From positions 15,628,029 to 15,692,028 of the forward strand of contig MU054323.1 of NCBI GenBank assembly GCA_013239625.1: a stretch of DNA of 64,000 bases, written 5' to 3'. Positions 51,411 through 63,960 of this stretch are shown here, piece by piece. The translations under genes were made by a program, and so were the position numbers. This stretch comes from Lama guanicoe. Lineage: Eukaryota. The notes below the pieces were generated by a model. The model was not told the DNA's origin, did not search any database, and worked only from the letters and a program-made list of their open reading frames with translations. Position 1 is the first letter of the stretch, and every line of letters begins with the position of its first letter.

Positions 51411-53029
51411 CTGAAACTAAGACAAAGGATCATCCCATTTTAACATCCCATTACACAGCCAATTACAATACACTCAGATGTTTATTTAGATGGGTGTGTT
51501 ATGCCTGGTTAAACTTAAAAATACGCTTGGTGCTTCACTTTACCCTAAATAACATTTGTGTGAGGGAGGAAGCTGTGTGTGAGTTCAAGCCCAAATATGG
51601 CTCTCAAAAAAAATCTCTTGTCCTGATAAGTAAGACAGTTTTATCACTCAGTATATGTATTTCACAACGTGCATCTAAATTACTGTCAACAGCATATTTC
51701 AAAAAGCCTAGGATATATGCATCAAGACAAAAAGGAAAGTGAAACCATCTGATACAGTTGTACAATGGGGTGGTGAGTGGGGTTAAATGTTTGAGGCCTG
51801 GAGTAGAATTCTGGTTCTGCTACACATTCACTCTACAACTTACTTCTGGCTTACTAAAGTTGAACAGCTTACTAAAGTTCCCCGAGCCTCAATTTCCTAC
51901 CCTGAAAAATGGGTGCAAAAGTACTGACCTGATAGGATCACTGTGATAAAAGAAATTGCCCATGCGCAGTGTGTAGCATGTGAACATTCAGCAAATGACA
52001 GTGATTATTGCTGGAGTGGACGCTAAACTTCTCAGACTTTCCACAAAGAGGAACAGAGGACTGATCCCATCTCATGTCACAGGCCACTAGACAGCACGAC
52101 TGTCAGAAGGGACATGAAGGAGGCACGAAGGCTCCAGCAGAGCTGGGAAAGGTCCGAGAAGCCCTCTGGAGCGTGAGGCCACAGGGCTCCCACTGGGGAG
52201 CTGGGTCTCCTGCTTCTCCATGACTCCTTCTGCTGGTCCCCGCCGATTACTAGGACTTAATCCTCCACGGCCCTCAGCTCAGCCGCAGTCACTGTCCTGC
52301 TCCACACCCTGCGTGTCCCCCACGCCTCTGATTGCTGGGACTCAGGAATGCCCTTTGACCCGCAGCCCCACGCCCGCCTCTTGGCGGCCTGGGAAGAGCT
52401 GGAGCCCTGTCATCTGAGACCAAGGGGGCAGACGGGAAGATACTGCGGATCCTGCAGACCCGCCCTCATCTTCCTGCCTGCCTCAGCTGGGAGGCTGTGC
52501 CAGACCCGAAAATGTTTTTCTGGGCCTCAGAATTGAAGGCAGACCAAAAAGCACAGAGTGTTCGGGCCAGTCGGGGCTCTGGGGATCACAGCTGGACTTG
52601 AAGCAGATACCCAGCTCCACACTCACAGCGGACGGCTCCTTAGCAACCACAAACCTCAAAGCCCAAGGGGGAAAACACACTGGGAGGAGGCAGGGCTAAT
52701 CCACAGTGTCAAACACATTAGGGAAAGAAGCCTCTGATGAGAGAAACTCATCTTCCAAAGCTTCCGTGAGAATCTTCTAAACCGGGAACGGTTTCCAGAG
52801 TAACTAAGGGGCACAGTCACGGTCCACCTGGCCTTTTACTGAGCTCCTCTCCCCTTCCCCCAGATTTACTGCTCTCCGTGCCCCCTTCCATTACAGAGGA
52901 TAAATAACTCTTGGAAGGAGTTCTTTAGAGCTCATTTGGGGGCATGCCTGCAAACTAGTATTTTGTCCCACTGGCAATATAAGATCTAAACTACCACTTC
53001 AGAAATGTAATTACTGTTTGCAGTCTCAC

Positions 53030-53191
53030 TGGAAATCACTATTGGTCCAAGCCTTTGTGGATGTGGAAAGCATTACCATATGTCAGGTTCTTAACGAGGT
53101 ACAAAACGATGGTCTGAAACACACGCACCAGGAAAGGCTTTCCCCTTTTGGTTCTGTGACATGTAGAAACATGCCACATGGATCAATGAAC
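53030..53191 (-). pseudogene. Exon remnant (VH*SMWHVSTCHRTKRGKPFLVRVFQTIVLYLVKNLTYGNAFHIHKGLDQ**FP)
   Basis: Acceptor cctgtgccattag, donor CCA|gtgaga; 162 nt, phase 0>0, three stops. Confidence 0.65.
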
Positions 53192-53454
53192 CTAATGGCA
53201 CAGGCACAGATCAGTCACTGAACACACGCTTTTTAATCCATACCACTGCCCAGGAGTGAGTATCTTTGCTTTAGGATTTGCCCTGACTGTGTCTGGTGAT
53301 CAAACGTGACCCCAGAGGAAGGGATCCTGAGTAGTTCACACCTTAGTCATCAAAAAAACAAACAAAAAACCCACCTATAGTATTTATGGACAATTTCTAG
53401 ATTGGAACATCAGTGAGCATAAGATTCTTATACATATACTGAAAAATAAACATT

Positions 53455-53612
53455 GTCAGTTTCTCAACGCTGACACTACTGGCACATCAGGCTGGATAAT
53501 TCTGTCCTATGTGTCGTAGGCGTCTAGCAGCATCCCTGGCCTCTGCCCACTACATGCCAATACCATAACACCAATGACTCTTTCCTAGGGGGCAAAATCA
53601 CCCCAGGTTTTG
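53455..53612. mobile_element. MER20-like hAT MITE
   Basis: cagtttctcaac...agcagcatccctggcctctgcccacta...ggggcaaaatcacccc. Confidence 0.75.
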
Positions 53613-53632
53613 AGCCATGCTGATAAATATAC

Positions 53633-53819
53633 CAGGAACTCCACATCAGGACAGCATAATTTCAAGGTCTCCCCTCCTAGTTCTCCTCCCAGAGCCTCCC
53701 AGGCTGTGTTCTTCTTGCTCAACGGCTGCCACAGTTCATGGGGTTCCTTGCCACACTTCTTCCCAGAGCTGGCTCCGGGGTTGGGTAAGGCCGCTCTAGA
53801 GACCTCTGCTTTGAGGCTA
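53633..53819 (-). pseudogene. Exon remnant, open (SLKAEVSRAALPNPGASSGKKCG...LKLCCPDVEFL)
   Basis: Acceptor gcttgtctttcag, donor CTG|gtatat; 187 nt, phase 2>0. Confidence 0.65.
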
Positions 53820-54375
53820 CTGAAAGACAAGCACACACAAAAGGCCTTTTCATTTTACATGTCTTCGCGTCCCTACTAATCATTTCAGGGAAACAGGACA
53901 CAACTCAACAACAAGCATGAAAAGCATTTTGATCAAAGCCTCAAGGAACAGAAACCAACTCAAACTGGCTGCAGTAAAAGGGCCCAGAAACATCTATGTC
54001 CTGCACAGGAGCCCAAGTCCAGCTGGGCCTCCTTCGGACTGGAAATAGGACCCGGGAAGTGGCCAGGAACCAAAGTAGCCGCTCTCCCTGCCTCTCCCAG
54101 GGCCACGCACTTTATCTTCTCCATCTCCCCCGTCTTTATCTTCAGAGCCCCATGTGTCCTTCAGCTGGGCTCCCAGCTTTCAACGCTTTTAGGGTTTCGA
54201 TTCCAAAATCCCAAGAAAGATCTTGATTGGCCTAAGTTTTGGGTTTTTTTTGTTGGTTTGTTTTTTGTTTCGTTTTGCCAAATTATAGGCTTTTGACCAG
54301 CTGATTCCTTTAATTTCAGCAAGTGTTATTTCTACATTTGACTATAATATCTGAGCCACATACTTCAGGGATCTT

Positions 54376-54525
54376 TTCTGTTTATTTGTTTTGGGGGAGG
54401 TAATTAGGCTTATTTATTTATTTATTATTAGCTTTTTTTTTTTTTTGAAAAAGGAGGTTTAGGGATTGAACCCATGACCTCACGCATGCTAAGCACACAC
54501 TCTACCATTGAGCTATCCCTCCCCG
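54376..54525 (-). mobile_element. tRNA-derived SINE, camelid Vic-1-like
   Basis: gggattgaacccatgacctcacgcatgctaagc; duplication ACTTCAGGGATCTT at 54362-54375 and 54526-54539. Confidence 0.85.
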
Positions 54526-54889
54526 ACTTCAGGGATCTTGTAAGGTTATAGACATAACTAGTCTTTTAAAAGTGAGACACTGTACAAATGAGGAGTGGAA
54601 TTTTTATTTCATAATACTATTATGTATAGTAAATGGTGAAATAGCTTGGAATTTACAGTAACAGTCATGTGATGAACTTGATAGAGCAAAAAGAGCACAA
54701 AATTAAAATAGAGAAGATCTGAGCTGTGTGACCTTAGGCAAGCCACTTCACTACTCTGTATTACAGGAATTCTCACGTCATCTACCACCTCAGGAGGTTC
54801 TTAGGTGGTTCTGATGAGAGGATTGTTGAAAAAAACACTCTGCAGGTTCTGCTATAAACCTGTATCATTACTGTCTTCCCTAGGTGAAT

Positions 54890-55550
54890 CCACTGTATGG
54901 ACAGTCGCTATGAGTCAGAAAGTAGTCAGGAATAACCTTTCAGCGGCAAGCCCAACTGAAAGGGAAATTCATTATCTCCCATAACAGGTGGTCCAGAGGT
55001 GGGCCCAGCCTGCAGGCACAAGACAGTCAAAGGTCCAGCTTCATTTCTCTGTGATTCGCTTGGCTGCCTTCCTCTTCTTTGTGCTGACTTTTCCCTCAGA
55101 CTAACTAGCCTCATGGTCACAACATGGCTTCCAGCACAGCTAGAACAACCTGCTCCCTTGTTCTTTTCCAACAAGAGAGGCAACCTTGCCTGTAAAACAT
55201 AGGATTCAAGTTTTTCCTTTCTGTCTGTCTGATACAACTCGGGACACAGTCCACCCTTGAATAGCCATGATCAACTGGAGGGGGCCATGTACTGATGGGC
55301 TCACTCCTGCAGTCATGAAGCAATCACCAGCAAGGGAGAATCTCTCTCTCTCTCTCTCTCTCTCATATGTATATATATATAAAACCAGCCTTGGCACAGA
55401 CTTGGACTCAGGATCCACCCCAGGAGCTAGAGATGGACCAGCTTCTTCTGAGCCCTCTGGCTACATTTATTCCCTTTACTAAGCTGGGGTTGTGTTAGGA
55501 AGGAGGAAGTGGGGAAGCAGGTGCTCTGCTTAGGCAACCAACAATGTCCA
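54890..55550. mobile_element. MLT1K-like LTR containing a (CT)n(AT)n microsatellite
   Basis: tatgagtcagaaagta...cctcatggtcacaacatggct; repeat at 55340-55380. Confidence 0.6.
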
Positions 55551-55871
55551 GTCCAGACAACCTGACTTAGGACACATGTTCCAGGAGCCTGGTGTGTCCT
55601 CAGAAGCCAACATATTGAGAAAAGGCAAAATTTCTCCTGTCTTCCTTGCTTATTTGGCTTAAATTTTCTTTGGGCATTCCTTACAATAAAATTAGGAAGG
55701 AATTGGAAAGAAGGGAAATAAGAAAGAAAAACTACTGTCCTCTCTGGCTTACTCTTTCTGTCTCCTTCACAGAATATGGGGGACTATAATAGTGACCACT
55801 GGAATCGTGGTAACAGGAAATGCAGTGTTACAGGCCTGGCCCTGAGGAATGTGATCTGTTTAAAGGTTTAC

Positions 55872-56107
55872 TTGCAGATTGAGGTCACCTCCACATTGTA
55901 AAGGCCTCTTTTAGTGACAGCCTTCCCTTTTCCATCCTTATAGGTCAACCCACAACCACTGACAAACAGCTGAGGCTTTACATTAGGCAGAGATGAAGAA
56001 AGCAAGGCTGCAGATGTGGCTTCTCCCCATTCAGAGATGTCTGTCCTCAAGGGATTTTTGGCATTTTGGAAATATAGCACAAGCCTCTCATAACTATTCA
56101 ATGTTTC
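55872..56107 (-). pseudogene. Exon remnant, fully open (ETLNSYERLVLYFQNAKNPLRTDISEWGEATSAALL...YNVEVTSIC)
   Basis: Acceptor gtgttcattag, donor AA|gtaaac; 236 nt, phase 0>2, no stop (ORF 55868-56101). Confidence 0.7.
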
Positions 56108-57729
56108 CTAATGAACACTGGCTCTTTCTACCTTGTGGACAAAGGGTATTGTTAGGTGTTCCCCCATGTAGCATCGTAGATCAGACAAACACCAGCATTA
56201 CATAAATCCTGCCTGCCCACTAGGGCAGATTTTCTCCAAGTGAATGGCTCATGGAAGCCTTAAGGGGCCTTATTAAAAATGATGAATGCAAAAATAACTT
56301 TTAAGCCCTCCATGTCTCCCATTACCTAAAGGATCAATTCTGCATTCTTTAGGCATGACTTTCAAGGCTGACATGGCCCTGCTTTCCTCCCTAACAGTCT
56401 GACTCCTCTCCCAGCCTGGCCCAGCAGCTCCCAGGTCCTGAAGCTTCTCCGTCCCCTTTGTCCTGTCCTTCCCTCACCACTCGTTGTTTTCCAACCTGCC
56501 AGTTAAATGAATTCAACCCTCTTCCAATCCTCATGCCTCAGGCCTATTCAGTCATCTACCCTTTTTGTTATCACATATCCTTGAGAGCAGAGGGTCTCAA
56601 CTGTGCCTACACAGTGGAGTCACGTGGGGAGCTTTAAAAAAAATATGGACTCCAACTAAGACCAATTAAATCAGAATGCGGGTGAGGGAAGTGCACTTGC
56701 TTATTATGAAACATCTATGGCAAGCAGTGAAACGAAATGCAGGGCCTCTATACTCAGACTGCCTGGGTTGAATTCCAGCTCCTCTTCTTTCCAGCCCTGT
56801 GACCCTTGGGCGAAGTACTTAACTTCTGTGTGCCTCCAATTCCTTACTTCTGAAGTTAAGGCAGGAAACAGCCCCTACTTGATCAAGTTGTTGTGAGGAT
56901 TAAATGAGTTAATATATTACTGACACTTAAAATGCTCAGCTAATGCTAGTTATGATGAGTGCACATCAGTTTCTTTCTAGAACACTCACAGCAACCTGAA
57001 GATAGGTCCTGCACCTTCTTCCTCTCTGCCTAGCGCAGTGTACACAACCAAAATCTTTTGGAATGATTAAATGGATGCATGATTGAAGATGAATTTTGAC
57101 TTGAGGAGATCAGAGAGATTTACCTAGAAGAGGTGGCCCATGAGTAAACTTTGAAAAATGAATAAGCTTGTGAGAGGTAGATGAGGTGTGGTAAGGTATT
57201 CCAGACAGAACAGTAATAAGAGCATAAGCCAAGACACAGATGTGAGGGTGTAGAGAAAAGACCAAAAGCCCGGGGTGTGCTGGAGTCAGAGAAGAGGATT
57301 ACAGAAGAGAATTGCAGTGAGATGGTATGAAAGGTAAGGTGGGCCACTTCATTAAGTTTGTGATGCCTCACTAAGGAATGTGGGCTTTATCCTGCAGAGA
57401 ATGATGGACTGTGAAGAATTCTGAGAGTGAGTGCACAGTCAGACCTGTGCTTTGGGGAAGTGATCCTTTCCAACCAGAGAGAAAGGTGACCTGGAGCAAG
57501 AAAAGCAAGAGTCAAGGAGAGGGTTAGGAGATTACTGTAGCTTCTCATTTGATATCAACACTGTCTGTATATGTTAGGTGTTCCCAAGAGATCATTCTAT
57601 TAATTTCTGATTTATTGATATTTGTGCACAGGGTAAAAATTTAAATATAACAAAGCTGTAAAACTCACTCCCATCTCTGATCACCGCTTACCCAGTTCTT
57701 TTTACCTGAAGCAACCACTGCTTTTGAAA

Positions 57730-60570
57730 ATAAAAAAGATTGTAAGAGTACTATGAATAATTGTACACCAACAAATTGAATAACCTAGATGAAATGGATA
57801 AGTTCCCAGAAACGCAAAACCTACCAAGATAAATTATGAAGAAAAAAAAATAGACCTATAATTAGTAAGGAGAATGAATCAGTAATCAAAACTCTTGCAA
57901 CAAAGAGAAGCCCTGGACCTGACGACTTCACTGTTGAATTCTACTAAACATTTAAAGAAGTACTAACACCAATCCTTCTCAAACTTTTCCTAAAAACTGA
58001 AAATAGGAGGACACTTTTTAACTCATCCTATGAAGCAATCGTTACCTGGATACCAAACCAAACACACTACAAGAAAAGAAAACTACAGTTTCCCATACTA
58101 ATACAATATTCCTTATGAACATTGATGCAAAAAGATCCTCAAGAAAATATTAGTAAACTGAATTCACCAGCATATTAAAGTAATTATACACTATGACCAA
58201 GTGGGATTTCTGTAATGCAAGAATGGTTGAACATATGAAAATCAACTGATGTAATACACCATGTTAATAGAACAAAGAGGGAAAAACCCACATTATTATC
58301 TCAGTTGATGCAGAAAAAGCATCTGACAAAATTCAATACTATTTCATGATAAAAATGCTCAACAAAATAGCAATAGAAGAAAACTATCTCAACATAATAA
58401 AATTCACATATGAAAAACCCACAACAAATGTCACACTCAATGGTGAAACACTGAAGCTTTTCCTCTAAGGTCAGGAGCACAGCAAGGACACCACTTTCAC
58501 CACTTCTATTCAACATATTGAACTGGAAGTTCAAGCCAGAGCAACTAGGCAAGAAAAAGAAATAAAAGGCACCCAAGCTGGAAAGAAAGAAATAAAATTA
58601 GCTCTGTTTTCGGATAATATAATATTATACATAGAAAAGCCTAAAGATTCCACAACAAAATTGTTAAAACTAATAAATGAATTCATCAAAGGAGCAGGAT
58701 ACAAAGTCAACACACAAAAGTCAGTTGCATTTCTGTACACTAATAATGGACAATCTGAAAAAGAACTTAAGAAAACAATTCCATTTACAACAGCATCCAA
58801 AAGAATAAAATATTTAGGAATCAACGTAACCAAGGAGGTGAAAGACTTGTACAATGAAAACTATAAAACATTATTGAAAGAAACTAAAGAAGGCATAAAT
58901 AAGTAGAAACATATCCCATGTTCATGGATTGGAAGGCCTAGTATTGTTAAACTATAAAAGCTACCTTAAGCACTCGACAGATTTAACACAATATCAAAAT
59001 CCCAATGACAGTTTTTTTCAGAAATAGAAAATAACCATACAAAAATTTATATGGAATCACAAGGGACCCCAAATAGCCAAGACAATCTTGAAAAAAAAAA
59101 AGAGAGAGAGAGAGAGAGAAGAGCTGGAGGACACATAGTTTCTGATCCAAAAGAACTTACCACAAAGCTATATAGTAATCAAAACAATGTGATACTAGCA
59201 TCGGTACAGACATATACACAAATGGAATAGGACAGAAAGCCTAAAATGAACCTACATATATGGTCATGATTTTTTGCCAAGATTATTCAGTGGGGAAAAG
59301 GCAGTTTCTTCAACAAATGGTTCCAGGAAAAGTAGATATCTACATGAAAAAGAAAGAAGTTGGACCCTTACCTAACACCATATATAAAAATTTACTTGAG
59401 TGGATCAAAGATCTAAATGTATGACCTAAAATTATAAAACTCTTAGAAGAAAACATAGGACAAAAGCTTCACAACCTTGAATTTGGCAACAATTTCTTGA
59501 CTATGACACCCAAAAGCATAGACAACAAATGAAAAAATAGATAAATTGGACTTCACGAAAATTTCAGAATTTTGTGCACCAAGAGATACTATCAGTAGAG
59601 TAAAAAGGCAACCATAGAATGGGAAAAAAACATTTGCAAAGTATATATCTGATAAGGGATTAATATCTAGAATATGTAGAAAACTCCTAATATTCGACAA
59701 CAATCAAAAAACAACCTGATTAAAAACTGAGCAAAGGACTTGAATAGATGTTTCTCCAAAAGTATACAAATGGCCAAAAAGCACATGAAAAGAAGCTCAG
59801 TATTACTAATCCTTAGGAAAATGCAACTTAAAACTACAATGAGATGCCACCAGATACCTGTTGGGATGACTACTATCAAAAGAAACAGAAAATAACAAGC
59901 GTTGGGGAGGATGTAGAGACATTGGAACCTTTGTGCACTGTTAGTGGCAATGTAAAATGATATAGCCACTCTGAAAAAACAGTATGGAGATACTTCCAAA
60001 AATCAAAAATAGAATTATCATATGATCCAGCAATTCCATGCACAAAATAATTGAAAGCAGAGTCTCAAAGAAATATTTGTGCTATGTTCATAGCATAATC
60101 ATTCACAATAACTAAAACACAGAAGCAATCCATGTGTCCATCGGCAGATAAATGGATGAGGAAAATGTGGTACATACGTACAATGGATGGAATATTATGT
60201 AGCCTTAAAAAGGAAAGGAAGTCTGTCATATGCTACAACATGGAAGAACCTTGAGAACATTATGCTGTTTGACATAGGCCAGTCACAAAAAGAAATTACT
60301 ATGATTCTACTTATAAGAGGTAGTTAGAGTAGTCAAAATCACAGAGACAGCAGAATGGTGGTTGCCAGGGGCCAGGGAAAGAGGAGGATAGGGAGTTATT
60401 GTTTACTGGGCATAAAGTTTCAATTTTACAAGACAAAAAGAGTTCTTAAGGTGGATAATGGTGATGACAGCACATTACGAATTTATTTAATACTGCCGAA
60501 TTGTACACTTAAAAATGGTTAAGATAGCCAATTTTATGTTTTTGTATTTTACCATAATTTTAAAAATTGG
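57730..60570 (+). mobile_element. 5'-truncated L1 (decayed ORF2 RT to 3' UTR)
   Basis: ORF 58661-58906 ([28 protein letters not shown]) plus gatgcagaaaaagcatctgacaaaattcaa; multiple stops. Confidence 0.92.
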
Positions 60571-60719
60571 AGGAGAAAACTGTGAAGAACCTTAAAATTA
60601 TAAGGCAGTATTATTATTTATCTTCTAACTCTGGGCAGCAAGAGATCTAATTAAATTGGTTGGCTACTCTTCTTACATTAATTATATTTTTATCTCACAG
60701 CAGCCTTCATTTGTCTCAC

Positions 60720-60901
60720 CAGAATTTCATATTCAGGACTCTTTATATTACATCTCACAGACCAGTCCACAAATTTATGAATCAGGAACACGTTCTTTTG
60801 AAAACCTCTGTTGTTCCATTTTTGTGAGAACCCTGCTGGGCACATAAGATATTACGGTTCCAACATTACTATGAGACCACAGCTCCCTGACGTGGAACTG
60901 C
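60720..60901 (-). pseudogene. Exon remnant (QFHVRELWSHSNVGTVISYVPSRVLTKMEQQRF / QKNVFLIHKFVDWSVRCNIKSPEYEIL, frameshifted)
   Basis: Acceptor gtttctacag, donor CTG|gtgaga; phase-0 exit matches the next exon. Confidence 0.5.
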
Positions 60902-61464
60902 CTGTAGAAACTGCTTAACAGTGCTGGTGGCCATCCCTATGCCCAGTTTTTGGAAGGGCTGAGAGAGGGTTTGAATTTTTTTTCACACATTTCAAACGGC
61001 ACATTTATATTTTAAATGTATAAGTAAATGAACCAAGTAAGGAGAGAAACTGAAGTGGTAGGAAAGAAGCCTCAAACCATTCTGATTCCAAGAGGCGAGA
61101 GCGATTCTGGTCGGGTTCCACTCCTGATGAGTCAGCACTGGGGTGATACCTCCTCTGGGGTTAGCATGTTTCCTGGAATCCTGTTTTTTTTCCCCCGCTC
61201 CATTCATCCCTGTGTGTAAAGGTCAGGTCCATCGTGTCTTCTCAAGTCATAGGACAGATCTGAGAGCCCTTCTCTCTGCAATTTCCTCTCTCCTTTTGGT
61301 ATGTTTGTTGACTATCAATAATGCTTACTGAAATATAATCCACATACCATAAAATACACCTTTGAAAGTGTACAATTCAGTAGCTTTTAGACTATTTACA
61401 GATTGTCTTCCTTTTGTTTTGTTTTTTTTTTCTTTATTTCCCAGGGACAGGAATGAGCCCTAAC

Positions 61465-62270
61465 GACTCATTCATTGATTCAGTATAGTTACTAAGCACA
61501 TAAAAAAAATCAAATCAAATCAAAATCCCTGCCCTCACAGGGCTTGCCTTCCAGTGGAGAACACAAACAATAAACAAATACAATCAGCAAAGTATGGAGT
61601 CTGTCGGAGGTGATAAGTGACTGGCAACCAAGATAGTAGGGAAAGGACAGGGTGTACGGATGATGATGCGTGGGACAGGGATTGCAAATTTAAGTTGGGT
61701 GATGAGGGATATCTCAAGAGAAGATAATGTTTAGGCAAAGACTTGAAAGAAATGAGGGAGTAAATTGTGTTCTGACCTGGGGGCAGGGCATCCAGGTAGA
61801 GTTAACAGTAAGCTCAGAGACCCTGAGGGGAGAGGTGTGTTTTAGAAATGAGCTGGCTGTGCCTGGAATTTAATACGTGAGGAGAATAGAAGGAAATGAG
61901 GTCAGAGGGGCGAACGGTGGCCAGTCTTGTGGGGTCCTGAGCCATTTGCCAAGATTGTACCTTTTATTCTGAGTAAGGTAGAAAACCAGAGAAGTTTTCA
62001 TCTGAGGAGTGCCATGAACTGACTGACGTTGAGCAAGAACACGCTGGTTGCTGTGTAGACTTCAGTGTGCAGAGGGACACAGCCTGGATAGGAGGCTAAG
62101 TGCAATAACCCAGTGAACCCGTGGCCTGGGCCAGGCGGCAATGGTAAAGATGATGACAAGTGGTCAGATTCTGGATGTATTATGAATGTACAGCCAACAG
62201 GCTTGGCTGATGGAAAAGATGTGGGACATGAGAGAAAGAAATCTAAGATGATTCACAAAGTGTCCAGTGC
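61465..62270. mobile_element. L2 remnant
   Basis: cattcattgattcag...aaaatccctgccctcacagggcttg...gtggtcagattctggatgtat. Confidence 0.7.
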
Positions 62271-62819
62271 TGGATGGTAACAGCCATTTGGAGGAGCTAG
62301 TTAGGTGGAGCTAGTTAGGCTAGTCTGGTAGGAGAGCTTAATATCCTGCATTTATTCCAAGACTTACATTTGTAGGCCTGAAAACATATGAGTTGATCTG
62401 CAACTTTTCAAATTAATAAAAGACAAAAAAGTGTACTTGTTATCACACTATTTCCGAAATATGACTCAGCTATTTAATAGATTGTATGTATGACCATTTT
62501 TATTTTGAAGATAAAAACCATTATTTGCCTATTTCTTAGCCAGTGGTCAACTACCTTAATTAGGAAAATTTTTTTAACACATTGCAACTGTTGCTAGAAA
62601 TTGGCAAAGTGATGGTTTCTGTTTGGACTTACTCTTGCTGCCTAATTTAATTGTTTGTAATAAAGCTTTTCATATACTGAACAGTGTTATTTAAGTTAAT
62701 TGCATCAAGTGCTTGTATTACTGCCTAAACCATAATTCTAATAATTGCTTCTTGTTAATAAACTCTGCACAGCACTGTATCCAAATATTAAACATAAGCT
62801 TGCTCTAGACCTAGCTAGT

Positions 62820-63960
62820 ACCAGATTGTGTTTATCTCTTTCCAAATCTCCATGCAGTAACACCACTTTGGTCGCTTCAAAATCAGCTACAGTGGGAGGA
62901 TTTACAACACAGAAATTGGCAAATGCTCTAAATCAGGGATTTTTTTTTTCCCAGACAGCAGGTTTCCCAGAACACCCCTGGGCATACCAGAGGGTATATG
63001 GGTTATAGGGTTATGAATGCCAGCTAGAGCCTAAAGGCCACACAGCAGTGGCACTGGGGGGAGAGGATGCAGTGGGAGCCACCTGCCACAGAGAGGAAGA
63101 GGGCTTTATCACGGACAGTGCTTAGAGTTGCTGGTTTATAAGGATAACAGAAAGCAGAATGATTTTAAGTCTTTAAATTCTCTACAGACAATGTGCTTCC
63201 TTACTGCCTAAACCCAGGGCAGATCCTTCCCACCTACTCCCACCTCCACTCTAATCATACTTACTGCCTGATCACCAGGAGTATAACATTTTCTCTTTCT
63301 ATGTCTTAAGTTTCCTTATCTGTTCAGATGGGATCATAAAATCTGCCATCCTGCTCAGTGTGCAGATTCTACACTATGTAGCATGCACCGTATGTGTTCA
63401 ATTAACAGTGGTGTGAAGATACCTTCAAGGGTCTCATAGCCTTAGTGAAGGGGAACTCCTAATAGATCAACAGCATCTTCTTATCCACTGTGCTTTCCAA
63501 TCTCTAAGCCTCTGTCAGTGCTGTTCCCCCCTCCTCAACCCCCAACCTGGAGCCAATTCATCTCATATTTTCATCTTGCAGAGTTGACCCAGTTGCTGCC
63601 AGCTCTATGAGGCTCTGTCTTATTCCCACAGCTGACATAATCTCTTCTTCCTCTAAAATTCCCTGACTTCTTGGGGACTCTCTGGCACTGTCTCAGACCT
63701 ACTGGATTAGAATCTGCATTATAATAAAATCCCCAGGTGATTCGTATTAAGATTTAGGAAGCCTTGCTCTAAATCATTGGTTCTCAAACTTGGCTGCATA
63801 CTTGGAATTGCCTGGGGAGATTTTTAAAAAGCTTAATGCCTAGATCTCACCCCCAAGAAATTCTATTTCAATTGGTATGAGGTGCAGCCTGAGTATCAGG
63901 GCCTTTTAAAACTCCCAGATGATACTAATATGCAGCGAAGTTTGAGAACCACTGGCCTGT
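62820..63960. mobile_element. MER63-like (~62820-62960) and MER5-like (~63690-63960) DNA-transposon remnants
   Basis: aaatcagctacagtgggaggatttacaacacagaaattggcaaatgct; ggttctcaaacttggctgc...gtttgagaaccactg. Confidence 0.65.

Larger units (their letters stand above)
2382..60901 (-). pseudogene. Large multi-exon decayed gene (candidate unitary pseudogene, ~30 exon remnants), product unknown; probably extends beyond both window ends
   Basis: Co-oriented exon-like segments between transposon blocks, with polypyrimidine-AG acceptors and GT donors. Reading frame joins across many consecutive junctions, e.g. 56107-55872 > 53819-53633 > 53191-53030; 45124-45000 > 44380-44284 > 44193-44111 > 43240-43158 > 39922-39787; 20174-19974 > 17915-17798 > 17691. 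In-frame stops and frameshifts occur in many exons. Confidence 0.75.

Noticed and set aside
51242..51742. 166-aa plus-strand ORF
   Set aside because: Non-ATG start, no splice context; its first part is the antisense of the 51266-51410 exon remnant.
57730..60570. Reverse-transcriptase-like ORF fragments
   Set aside because: Ordinary truncated L1 with many stops; not active and not a novel RT system.
61079..61209. Possible further upstream exon (ADSSGVEPDQNRSRLLESE)
   Set aside because: Weak donor (gtttga) and ambiguous frame; not listed as a feature.
62745..63008. 87-aa ORF as possible VIT exon 2 or fossil exon
   Set aside because: Largely MER63-like repeat; no VIT N-terminal peptide.
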